DNA of 64,000 nucleotides from positions 18,247 through 82,246 of the forward strand of contig JAZNKG010000025.1 of NCBI GenBank assembly GCA_045578445.1. The letters run 5' to 3'. The notes under the pieces are model-generated. The model was not told where the DNA came from. It searched no databases and worked only from the letters and a program-made list of their open reading frames with translations. The stretch is from Alphaproteobacteria bacterium. Lineage in GTDB: Bacteria; Pseudomonadota; Alphaproteobacteria; RF32; CAG-239. This document shows, piece by piece, positions 18,148-29,116 of this stretch. The translations under genes and the position numbers were made by a program. Position 1 is the first letter of the stretch, and every line of letters starts with the position of its first letter.

Positions 18148-19887
18148 TTATAGATAACCTTCTGTTTGTAATTTATATAAGCGGTGGAATGTGCCATCTT
18201 CGTTTTTTAAGAGTTCTTTTTGTGTACCTTGTTCTATAATTTTGCCATTGTCTAGTACAATTATCTTATCCATATTTTTTAAGGTTGATAGGCGGTGAGC
18301 AATAGCAATTACGGTTTTGTTTTTCATAATGTTTTTAAGAGCTTTTTCTATGGCTAATTCGGAATCGCTATCAAGAGCAGAAGTTGCTTCGTCCAGTATT
18401 AAAATTGGTGTATTTTTTAGGATAGCTTGAGCTATTGAAATACGTTGACGCTCTCCACCTGAGAGTTTTACACCTCGCTCACCAATTATACTATCATAAC
18501 CGTTTGGCATTTTGATTATAGTATCGTGAATATGAGCAAGTTTGCATGCTTTTATGATGTCATCAAAGGTAGCGTTTTTATTTGCAAATTTTAGATTATC
18601 CATTATAGAGCGATTAAACAAACAAGGCTCTTGTGATATTAAAGTTAAGCTTTGGTGAAGTGAATATTGTGTTACTTTAGATATATCTTGATTTGAGATT
18701 AAGATTTTTCCTTTGTTTATGTCATATGAGCGAAGAAGTAGGTTGATAAGCGTTGATTTTCCTGAGCCAGATAAACCAACAAGACCAATTTTTTCGTTTG
18801 GTTTGATAGTAAGATTAAGTTTTTCAAATAGTGGTTTATCTTTAGTATATTGGAATGTGACATTCTTAAAATCAATAGAATTATCTTTTAGTTTAAGCTT
18901 TTTAGCATTTGGGATATCTTTTATATCCAAAGGTTGATATAAAAGTTCCAAAGCGTCATCTATGGAGGCTTTAAAGCCAATCATGTCACCAATTAATTCT
19001 GCGGTTTGTGAAAAAACTTGAGTTAACTGAAGTGAAAGGGTTGTGGCTAGAATAATCTGTTCTAGTGTCAGATTTTGATAGTAGTAAAAAGCAATTATAG
19101 TAGCTAAATTTAGTACCATAAAAAAGGTAATTAATAAGGTGTTTTGAAGATTTGATAAGCCACCAATATGCGCTTCTTTTTGTTTTGAACGTATAAAAAT
19201 ATTTGCTTGATGGCGAAGTTTCTTTTTTTCATGGTAAAGGGAAGCTGTTGATTTTACTAATCTGGCATTAGCAATAGAGTCAACTAATATTCCCATTGTT
19301 TTAGAACTTTCATTACTTCTTTGTTTTGTATAGGCTTTAATTTTTTTATGAACAAAATATGTGGTTAGCGTGTTTATAGAGCCTAAAATAAATAAAATAG
19401 CACACAGTAAAGGTGAAATATTATAAAAAATGAAAAATGTTACAACATAAGAGCCTAAATAGGGTAAAGCAAATGCTCTTAGATGACCAAATATCTGAAA
19501 CATTGATTGAATAAGATTTCCGGTTTTTGCTAAAATTACACCACTTTGATTTAGATTAAAAAAATTTGAAGAGTGCTTGTGATTATGAGCAAAGAGAGTG
19601 TTATGTAAAGCCATTTGATAGCGAATTTTTACTCTGGCATCAATTTTTATTTGGATGTAATAAATTAAACTAATAGCGATTTGGATTAGAGTGTAAATTA
19701 TAATATAGGATAAAAGAGTAGAGTTAAAAGAATTATTCAAATTATTTGCTATAAAACTTAATATTTTAGCATAATAAACATATCCATATGATGAAAGAGC
19801 TTTGGGAAACAATGCCATTGTGCAAGAAATAAAGAAAAATAATTTGCACTTTTTGATAGTGGAGATGAAAAATTTATAGATATTCAT
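18148..19887 (-). CDS. ABC exporter half-transporter (TMD-NBD fusion)
   Basis: Six-TM N-terminal domain. GLSGSGKST, LSGGERQRISIAQAIL and ILILDEATSALD. Paralog of the adjacent gene. Confidence 0.9.
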   Translation of the reverse strand: MNIYKFFISTIKKCKLFFFISCTMALFPKALSSYGYVYYAKILSFIANNLNNSFNSTLLSYIIIYTLIQIAISLIYYIQIKIDARVKIRYQMALHNTLFAHNHKHSSNFFNLNQSGVILAKTGNLIQSMFQIFGHLRAFALPYLGSYVVTFFIFYNISPLLCAILFILGSINTLTTYFVHKKIKAYTKQRSNESSKTMGILVDSIANARLVKSTASLYHEKKKLRHQANIFIRSKQKEAHIGGLSNLQNTLLITFFMVLNLATIIAFYYYQNLTLEQIILATTLSLQLTQVFSQTAELIGDMIGFKASIDDALELLYQPLDIKDIPNAKKLKLKDNSIDFKNVTFQYTKDKPLFEKLNLTIKPNEKIGLVGLSGSGKSTLINLLLRSYDINKGKILISNQDISKVTQYSLHQSLTLISQEPCLFNRSIMDNLKFANKNATFDDIIKACKLAHIHDTIIKMPNGYDSIIGERGVKLSGGERQRISIAQAILKNTPILILDEATSALDSDSELAIEKALKNIMKNKTVIAIAHRLSTLKNMDKIIVLDNGKIIEQGTQKELLKNEDGTFHRLYKLQTEGYL

Positions 19888-19889
19888 AG

Positions 19890-21656
19890 TTATTTATCTC
19901 CTTTTGAGCTGTTTAGGTTTAAGTAGCCATCTGCTTGGAGGGAATAGAAATGCTTAAATGCACCTTTTTTCTTTTTTAGGAGATTTTGAGGAGTGTCATC
20001 TTCTACTATTTGTCCGTTATCTAAAACAATTATTCTATCCATTGAACGAAGAGTTGATAGGCGGTGAGCTATGGCAATTACGGTTTTGTTTTGCATTAGG
20101 TTTGAAAGTGCTTGTTGAATAGCAAATTCAGCTTCACTGTCTAAGGCTGAGGTTGCTTCATCTAAAATAAGAATTGGAGTATTTTGCAAAATTGCACGAG
20201 CAATGGCAATTCTTTGACGTTCGCCACCAGAGAGGAGTATACCTCGTTCTCCTACAATGCTATCGTATCCTTTGGAAAGATTTATAATAGTATCATGAAT
20301 GTAGGCAAGTTTGCACGCATTAACAATTTCATCAAATGAGGATTTTGGGTTTGCTATTTTTAGGTTTTCTAACAAACTTCGGTTAAATAAAGTCACATCT
20401 TGAGGAACATAAGAGATGTTTTTATGAAGTGAATATTCGGTTATGTCTGTAATAGATTGATTGTCTATAAGAATATTTCCACTTTGAGGAACATAAGAAC
20501 GAAGAAGTAAATTTATTAAGCTGGATTTACCACTTCCAGATAGTCCAACAAGTCCTACTTTTTGATAAGGTTTTATATATAGGCTTAAATTTTTGAAAAC
20601 GTTTTTTCCTTTGATGTAGGCAAATGTTATGTCTTGATATTCAATAGAAGGAGATTTTACTTTTAGTGTATAGGCATTTTCTTTGTCTTTTATTTCTATT
20701 GGTTTATATATTAAGTCTATATTTGATTTTAGTTCACCTAAATTTTCGAAAAATGTAGTTGAAAATACAGATAAGCGTGAAATATTTTGGTCTAACATAT
20801 TTATTGTATTAAAAGCAAAATAAGCTAATCCTAAATTAAAATTATCATAGATTGCAAAGTAAATAATTGCAAAGTAGCAAGATGTTATAAATATACTTGA
20901 TGTAAGTTCTAAAGTTAACACATTAAAAGCTCGGTTGTTTTCGCATTCATAAGTGGAGGTAAGATATTTTTTTAAGATTTTGAAAGCATTAAGTTTTTCA
21001 GAAAATATAGAACCTGTATATTTTACCAGTTTATAGTTTGTGATACTATCAGTATTGAAACCGGAATATTCTTTTTCTGCGTTTGCACGTGTTTTCCATA
21101 AATTAAAAACTGCTTTATTTAATTTTTTAGTGATAAAATAAAAAGGTATTGAAAGTATTGAAATTACAAAGGCAAGCTTGGGGCAAGTATATGTTATAAT
21201 AGAGAGAGCACAGATAAAATTAATCAAGGGGCGAATAAGTTGAAAGATAAGGTTATTTACCATCCGATATAAAACAGATGATGCAGAAGTGATGGCTGTT
21301 GAAATGCGCCCTGTCATTTCATCATCAAAATAACGTATATTGTGATGATGAACATGAGTGAAAAGTTCTAAGGTTATGTTTGAATTAAATGTTGCCTCAA
21401 AAGTATCTTTTGTTATGCGAAGATAATATTGGTTGATGGCTTGGAGTATTTTTAAGATAATGTATAAAATAAACCAAAATAAAATGCTATCTATGGCAAG
21501 TGATTTGGTTTCTATGCTAAAGCAGTTGATTATTTTTGAAGTTATGTATGGATCTATTGTTAGAGCAATTGAGCCTAATATGAAAGTAAGAGCAAAGGGG
21601 ATGAATAAGTGTTTTAATTTTTTTATATTAGTAAGAATAAGTTTTCTTAAATTCAT
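19890..21656 (-). CDS. ABC exporter half-transporter (TMD-NBD fusion), likely heterodimer partner
   Basis: Same architecture (GLSGSGKSS, LSGGERQRIAIARAIL, ILILDEATSALD). A 2-nt gap to the downstream paralog suggests an operon. Confidence 0.9.
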   Translation of the reverse strand: MNLRKLILTNIKKLKHLFIPFALTFILGSIALTIDPYITSKIINCFSIETKSLAIDSILFWFILYIILKILQAINQYYLRITKDTFEATFNSNITLELFTHVHHHNIRYFDDEMTGRISTAITSASSVLYRMVNNLIFQLIRPLINFICALSIITYTCPKLAFVISILSIPFYFITKKLNKAVFNLWKTRANAEKEYSGFNTDSITNYKLVKYTGSIFSEKLNAFKILKKYLTSTYECENNRAFNVLTLELTSSIFITSCYFAIIYFAIYDNFNLGLAYFAFNTINMLDQNISRLSVFSTTFFENLGELKSNIDLIYKPIEIKDKENAYTLKVKSPSIEYQDITFAYIKGKNVFKNLSLYIKPYQKVGLVGLSGSGKSSLINLLLRSYVPQSGNILIDNQSITDITEYSLHKNISYVPQDVTLFNRSLLENLKIANPKSSFDEIVNACKLAYIHDTIINLSKGYDSIVGERGILLSGGERQRIAIARAILQNTPILILDEATSALDSEAEFAIQQALSNLMQNKTVIAIAHRLSTLRSMDRIIVLDNGQIVEDDTPQNLLKKKKGAFKHFYSLQADGYLNLNSSKGDK

Positions 21657-21783
21657 AACAATAGTCCTTAAAAATATTTTATGCCCATATAAATATCATA
21701 AAATTGAATTTTAGTCAATATCAAATGTGAACGAAAAAAGATTGGTGTTGCAGTTTTTTTATTGATGGTATAGCTTTGTTTTT

Positions 21784-22794
21784 ATGAAAAAGATAATTTG
21801 TTTTTTAGTGTTAGTTTTTATTGGGTTGGCAAGTTGGTTATTATTTGCTAATCGTTTGGATTATAACAAAATTGTTATTGTTTTACCATCTTCAAAATTA
21901 GTATCTTCTCCATTTTTTTATAAAAAAGATGGTGATTTCTTTTTGGCTAATGACCTAAAAGCTGGGTTTGAAAATTTAGGCTATGAGGTTGAGTATAGAT
22001 TTAGAGAAGATTATAACGATATAAAGTTGGGTGATGCTGGTAATGTTATTTATCTAAAAGGGTATTATAATTTTGAAAAACTACCTAAAGATGATGTAAA
22101 AAGTCGTAAAAATATACTTTATATCTATTATGTTGAAGGGTTACATTTGAATATTTTAGATGAAGTTGATGTAGTTGTTAGTGGCTCAAAAAGATTAATA
22201 GATGAATCTTTAAAACCATTGAAAAAAATAGCCTATTATGTTCCTCAATTTACTAATCCAGAAAGATTTAAGCCTTATGAAAAGACCGATAAGTTTGCGC
22301 ATGAGGTGTTGTTTGTTGGCTCAGATAATAGTAATAAGGGTAGAGAGTGTGTAAATTTTGCAGTTGATACTGGTGCAAATTTTGATGTTTATGGTAAGTT
22401 TTGGGATGGAAAGTTGCCAGCAGGAGTATTAAAAGGTGGTTATATTGATAATGATGAGCTTTATAAACATTATTCTAATGCAAAAATAGTATTAAATGAC
22501 CATAGACGTGATATGAAATATTTTGGTTTTGTTTCTAATCGTATTTATGATGTGACGGCAAGCGGTGGTTTTATTTTGAGTGACTATATGCCTGAGATTG
22601 AAGAGGTATATGGCGATAGCATAGTAATGTATAAAAATTATGATGAGTTTAAGCAAAAAATTGATTATTATTTGTCACATGAAGATGAGCGTGTGGAACT
22701 GATTGAAAAAGCTAGAAAAATTACACTTGAAAACTTTACAAATGTTAAAGTTGCTCAGATTTTTGATAATATTTTTAAAAATATTAAGAAATAA
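21784..22794 (+). CDS. Membrane-anchored glycosyltransferase-like protein (CgeB / Glyco_trans_1_2-like C-terminal domain)
   Basis: N-terminal TM segment. The C-terminal region NAKIVLNDHRRDMKYFGFVSNRIYDVTASGGFILSDY...YKNYDEFKQKIDYYLSHEDER resembles CgeB-family GT domains. Confidence 0.6.
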   Translation: MKKIICFLVLVFIGLASWLLFANRLDYNKIVIVLPSSKLVSSPFFYKKDGDFFLANDLKAGFENLGYEVEYRFREDYNDIKLGDAGNVIYLKGYYNFEKLPKDDVKSRKNILYIYYVEGLHLNILDEVDVVVSGSKRLIDESLKPLKKIAYYVPQFTNPERFKPYEKTDKFAHEVLFVGSDNSNKGRECVNFAVDTGANFDVYGKFWDGKLPAGVLKGGYIDNDELYKHYSNAKIVLNDHRRDMKYFGFVSNRIYDVTASGGFILSDYMPEIEEVYGDSIVMYKNYDEFKQKIDYYLSHEDERVELIEKARKITLENFTNVKVAQIFDNIFKNIKK

Positions 22795-22876
22795 CGTTCA
22801 GAGTGCTTGATTTTATCAAAAATAAACACTAACTAAAGTATTAGTTAAATAACCATATATGATAGGAGCGATATAG

Positions 22877-24852
<1,976 letters not shown>

Positions 24853-24872
24853 AAACCATATAAAATTAACGT

Positions 24873-24906
24873 AAAAAGTAGTCAGGGAAACTTGGCTACT
24901 TTTTTG
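24873..24906 (+). terminator. Intrinsic terminator after groEL
   Basis: AGTAGTCAG (24877-24885) pairs with CTTGGCTACT (24891-24900), followed by a T5 run. Confidence 0.7.
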
Positions 24907-24976
24907 TTATAATAAACGTAATTTTAATTATTTTGAGGTATGATACAGTAAATTATAACTGCGCAGGTATTTTAAT

Positions 24977-27900
24977 ATGACTATTTTGAGACGTTTTTCT
25001 AGATATTTATTAGCATTTTTGCTATCTATAAGTGTTGTAAATTCAGCAAATGCTATGTATTTCTCTGATTTTGTGTATCAAAGTGCTAGAAGAGGCGCTT
25101 CTTCTTCTATAGTTAAATTTTTAGAACAAGGATATGATATTGATGCAGTTAATCCCAATGGAAAAACAGCTCTTTGTTTGGCTATAGATAGTAATGATTT
25201 TGCTAGTTATAATAAAATTCGTAATCTTGGTGCAGATGATGAGCCTAAATGCTTGAAAAATGTTGATAAGAAAAGAGCTAAATATTTTGCTGATAGATAT
25301 GAGAAAATGTCTGCAATTGTTGAAAAAGAAGTGGTTAGTAGTGGTAAAAGTGGTATAAATTACAAAACTACAGGTTTGGTTGTTGCAGGTGCAGCTACTG
25401 CCGCTTTGTTGTTGAGTAGTGGTGGCGGTGGTGGAAGTGACCATAGTTCTATTGATAATGGTGGAAATTCAGGGGATGATAATCAAGAACCTGAAACACC
25501 ACAGTGTCCTGATGGTCAAGAATTTGTAATAGATGAGTGCTTAGCTCGTTGTCCAGCTGGTACAAGAAGAAATGGTAAAGATTGTAAACCAATAGAATGT
25601 CCTGCAAATACTCACTTGGTTGGTAATTTATGTGTAGTTGATGAAGGAATGGTTATTGAAAATCATTCAGATGAGGATGTTTTGGGGGTAAAATCTATCG
25701 GAGAAAATATCTTTAATTTATATTCAAGCGTAAACTATCCTGATGAATTGTCTGATATTATAATAAAAAACACTGGCGATGGTGATGTTTATGGTATGTA
25801 TGGGTATGGTAATGCACAAGTATTCAACTCATATATTTCAGACGATTATAAGGGTTTAGTTGGAAAAGGTAATATTAAAATTGAATCATCAGGTAGTGGT
25901 AATGTTTATGGTATGTATTCGCAAATTGATGATATTACTGGTTATAAAGAAGCAATAAATGCATCTGCTTGGTACGGTGGTACTGCGTATGGTAATATTG
26001 ATATTAAGAGCACAGGAACGGGTGATGTATATGGTATTTATGGGGATGTAAGAGCTTACAATACAAGAGCTGACTATAGTAGTAATGCATATGGAAATAT
26101 TAACTTAGAAGGTTATGGCAATATTTATGGTATTAGAGGTAGTGTTGCTGCTACAAATGCTCTATCAACATGGTATGGAGGCAATGTTAAAGCTAATATA
26201 AAAATAAATAGCCTTGGTGATGGCGATGTTTATGGTATGATGGTTAATCGCGAGGATATTCCAGGTGCTGGCGCTGGTAATAATAATTTACATAGTTGGT
26301 TTGCATTTAATTCATACTCTGTTGGTAATAACGTGGAAGGTATTATAGATATTAGAAATAAAGGTAATGGTAATGTCTATGGTATGTATGGGGGACAACA
26401 GTTATATAATGCAAAATCTTTTGGTGGGGTTGCAAAAGGTGAGATAAATGTTGTAAATTTTGGTAATGGTAATGTTTATGGTTTGTATACTCCAGAGGCT
26501 GATACACAAGGTATTGTAGAAAATATTAGTGATGAAAAGGCAACATCTTATGTAAATTTAGTTAATATGGGAGATGGGGTTACAACAGGTATCAGAGGTG
26601 GACAGCTGAACACCCTAAGAAACACTGGCGAAATTAATATTAATAATATGGGAAATGGTACAGCTATTGGTATATATGGTGCTGAAGGCGCTGAAATATA
26701 TAATAATGGTCTGATAAATATTTATCGCGAGAGTTTTGAAGATGAAGTTGATGGTGTTACATATAATCCTACTTCAGAAAATGGTGGTACTGCTTATGGT
26801 ATATATGCAGAAAAAGCTGCTAAAGTTGTTAATGATGAGAAAGGCGAAATTATTATAACCAATGCAGGCGCGGGTGCAGGTGTATATTTAGAAGAAGGTG
26901 CTACTTTAGAAAATAAAGGAAAAATCAGTTTTAACGGTAACGAGAATAGTATTGTTAATAATGGAGCTATAATTGATATTTATGATGAAGGTCCAAGAAC
27001 AGAAAATGCTACGGTTGATTTGAAAGATTTAGGAAAAGGCTCGGTTGTTTTAGGTAAAGGTGGAGAGTTCTTTGCTAAAGAAATAATTGGCGATATGGGT
27101 GTTTCTAATGAGGTTGTTCTAGATGGCTTTGAGGATATATATGTAGAAAAAAATGCGCTAAAAGTTGAAACAACAGAAAATTTAAATCTAACTTCTAAGT
27201 CTGCAATGTTTAATACATCAACAAAGGCTAATGAAGCTGGGGGATATGATGTTGTTTTAGAGCGTAAGAATTATGCAGAAGTGGTTGAAAATAAAAGTTT
27301 AGCTAATTTATTAGAAACTAGTTATAACGAAGAAAAGGGTGAAAATATTCATAAAGAATTGAAAAAAGCAACAACTCTGTCTAATGCAAACAAAGAAGCT
27401 AATAGAATTAGTGGTAATGATTTTCTACCTCACTTTAGAAAAGAAGATAAACTTGTTTATAATCATTTAAGCAGAGAGATAAATGATAACTTGTTTGATA
27501 AAGGAGATGAAAATTACATCGCAGGATATAAATATATGAATATATCAACGGATGCTGATGGTAGTTTGGTTGGTAGTGATGGCGATGTTCATGCGGCATA
27601 TGGTTTAGTTAAAAATAAAGCAGATAATGGAATTGTTTATGGTTTAGGTGCTAGTATTGCAAAATTAGATAGTGACTATGATAATGGAGCTAAACGTAAT
27701 AACAATATGTTTGGTTTATGGTTGCCAGTAGGCTATGAATTTAAAAATGGTGCAAAATGGTATTCTAAATTATATGCAGGGTATGGCGATGGTTCATATG
27801 ATAGAAATTCATCTTTAGGTTCTTATTCTGCTGATTTGAAAGAATATCAAATTGGTTTTAGTAATGAAGTTCGTTATGGTATGGATTTGGGAAAAGGTTT

Positions 27901-28312
27901 CAAATTTACGCCGATTGCAGAATTGAATTTATTAAATATTCATCAAGATGGATTTGATGAAGGTAATAAATCTGGTGCTCTTAATGTAGATAGTTATGAT
28001 AGTTTGTCTTTAGAGGGAGGATTGGGGGCTTATTTATCTAGAGATGTTATATTTGATGATGATAATTCTTTAGCTGTACGTATAGGAGGGGTTTATTATG
28101 TTGAATTTTTAGATCCTGATGATGGTATGGATGTTAATGTTGCTAATCTTGGAAAATATAAGACAGATTATAAAGAAGATACAAGTAGAGCAGTTTTATC
28201 AGCTAAGTTTGATTATAGATATAAAGATTTATCTTTGTATGCTATTCTTGAGCAAGAGATTGGTAATAATGAAGCATTTACCGTAGATGTTGGCGCGCAA
28301 TATAGATTTTAG
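24977..28312 (+). CDS. Autotransporter-like outer membrane protein with ankyrin, Cys-rich and GxGxVYGMYG repeat regions (1111 aa)
   Basis: Signal peptide ...SVVNSANA. An ankyrin-like repeat (NPNGKTALCLAIDSNDFASYNKIRNLGAD). A hydrophobic segment plus G5 run. A Cys-rich block (PQCPDGQEFVIDECLARCPAGTRRNGKDCKPIECPANTHLVGNLCVV). About 10 repeats containing G(D/N)G(D/N)VYG(M/I)YG. The C-terminal ~280 aa has alternating beta-strand character and ends GAQYRF. Confidence 0.8.
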   Translation: MTILRRFSRYLLAFLLSISVVNSANAMYFSDFVYQSARRGASSSIVKFLEQGYDIDAVNPNGKTALCLAIDSNDFASYNKIRNLGADDEPKCLKNVDKKRAKYFADRYEKMSAIVEKEVVSSGKSGINYKTTGLVVAGAATAALLLSSGGGGGSDHSSIDNGGNSGDDNQEPETPQCPDGQEFVIDECLARCPAGTRRNGKDCKPIECPANTHLVGNLCVVDEGMVIENHSDEDVLGVKSIGENIFNLYSSVNYPDELSDIIIKNTGDGDVYGMYGYGNAQVFNSYISDDYKGLVGKGNIKIESSGSGNVYGMYSQIDDITGYKEAINASAWYGGTAYGNIDIKSTGTGDVYGIYGDVRAYNTRADYSSNAYGNINLEGYGNIYGIRGSVAATNALSTWYGGNVKANIKINSLGDGDVYGMMVNREDIPGAGAGNNNLHSWFAFNSYSVGNNVEGIIDIRNKGNGNVYGMYGGQQLYNAKSFGGVAKGEINVVNFGNGNVYGLYTPEADTQGIVENISDEKATSYVNLVNMGDGVTTGIRGGQLNTLRNTGEININNMGNGTAIGIYGAEGAEIYNNGLINIYRESFEDEVDGVTYNPTSENGGTAYGIYAEKAAKVVNDEKGEIIITNAGAGAGVYLEEGATLENKGKISFNGNENSIVNNGAIIDIYDEGPRTENATVDLKDLGKGSVVLGKGGEFFAKEIIGDMGVSNEVVLDGFEDIYVEKNALKVETTENLNLTSKSAMFNTSTKANEAGGYDVVLERKNYAEVVENKSLANLLETSYNEEKGENIHKELKKATTLSNANKEANRISGNDFLPHFRKEDKLVYNHLSREINDNLFDKGDENYIAGYKYMNISTDADGSLVGSDGDVHAAYGLVKNKADNGIVYGLGASIAKLDSDYDNGAKRNNNMFGLWLPVGYEFKNGAKWYSKLYAGYGDGSYDRNSSLGSYSADLKEYQIGFSNEVRYGMDLGKGFKFTPIAELNLLNIHQDGFDEGNKSGALNVDSYDSLSLEGGLGAYLSRDVIFDDDNSLAVRIGGVYYVEFLDPDDGMDVNVANLGKYKTDYKEDTSRAVLSAKFDYRYKDLSLYAILEQEIGNNEAFTVDVGAQYRF

Positions 28313-28321
28313 GAAAAAATA

Positions 28322-29020
28322 ATGGATAAAATTATAAATTATATAAAAAAGGGTAGAGGATTAGGTTTTATATTTTTATTAGCTGTGGCTGTATTAAAAA
28401 CAATTCCAATAATGTTTGAAATGAAGAGTGTGTATGCAGACTTACAGCCAAAAATTATGTTAATTGCAGATGATTTTTTGCCAATCAAAATTGAAAAGGG
28501 GAAAGTTGTCGAACCTGTAAATGTTTATAAAAGACTATCTCTTCAATTGAGCGATAGTAATGATAAAAACTCTGTATTACCAGTGGTTTTGGATACTAGA
28601 GAAGAAACATCTGTTGTTCCTAATGAAAAAGCAGGTTTGTTTATTATGTCTGATATGATTTATTTTATAGCAGAAGGTAATATTCAAAAATATAAATTAA
28701 GAGATGGTTTGGTTGATAAAAATAAATTTGAAAAAGGTTTAGAAACAACAACGGGGTTTGTATCTTTAATTTCAGTTATATTTTTTATTTCTTTATTTTG
28801 TTTTGGTGGAATTGTAAAAGTTCTTTTTGCATCTTTTATAGGTGTTTTAGCATTAAAAATTATGAAAAAAGAAAATATTTATGGATTTAAGGCTTTGGCT
28901 CGTATGAGTTCCTTGTTAGTTGCTTTATCGATGCTTGGGGTTAATAACATATATATTGATTTTATTTTAGTGCCTATTGTTATAGTTTGGTTTTTATATA
29001 AAGAAGATTTAAGTAAATAA
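28322..29020 (+). CDS. Polytopic membrane protein of unknown function (232 aa)
   Basis: Starts 9 nt after the autotransporter stop and has an AGGAAA SD. One N-terminal and about 3 C-terminal TM segments. Possibly DUF1189-like, but this is weak. Confidence 0.6.
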   Translation: MDKIINYIKKGRGLGFIFLLAVAVLKTIPIMFEMKSVYADLQPKIMLIADDFLPIKIEKGKVVEPVNVYKRLSLQLSDSNDKNSVLPVVLDTREETSVVPNEKAGLFIMSDMIYFIAEGNIQKYKLRDGLVDKNKFEKGLETTTGFVSLISVIFFISLFCFGGIVKVLFASFIGVLALKIMKKENIYGFKALARMSSLLVALSMLGVNNIYIDFILVPIVIVWFLYKEDLSK

Positions 29021-29116
29021 GTGTATTTTACGTGTGGTCAAAATATCCTTTTTACTTGAATATATTAAGCCTTGTCTTTAATGTTTATAAAAACATATGT
29101 TATTAAGGATGGGCAG

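Noticed and set aside
22795-22876. Looked for a CIRCE element (TTAGCACTC-N9-GAGTGCTAA) or a clear sigma32 promoter upstream of groES.
   Set aside because: Only GAGTGCTTGA and an imperfect inverted repeat AGTGCTTGATTTT/AAAAATAAACACT in the wrong arm order are present. There is no CCCCAT-type -10 at a proper distance from a CTTGA. Not supportable.
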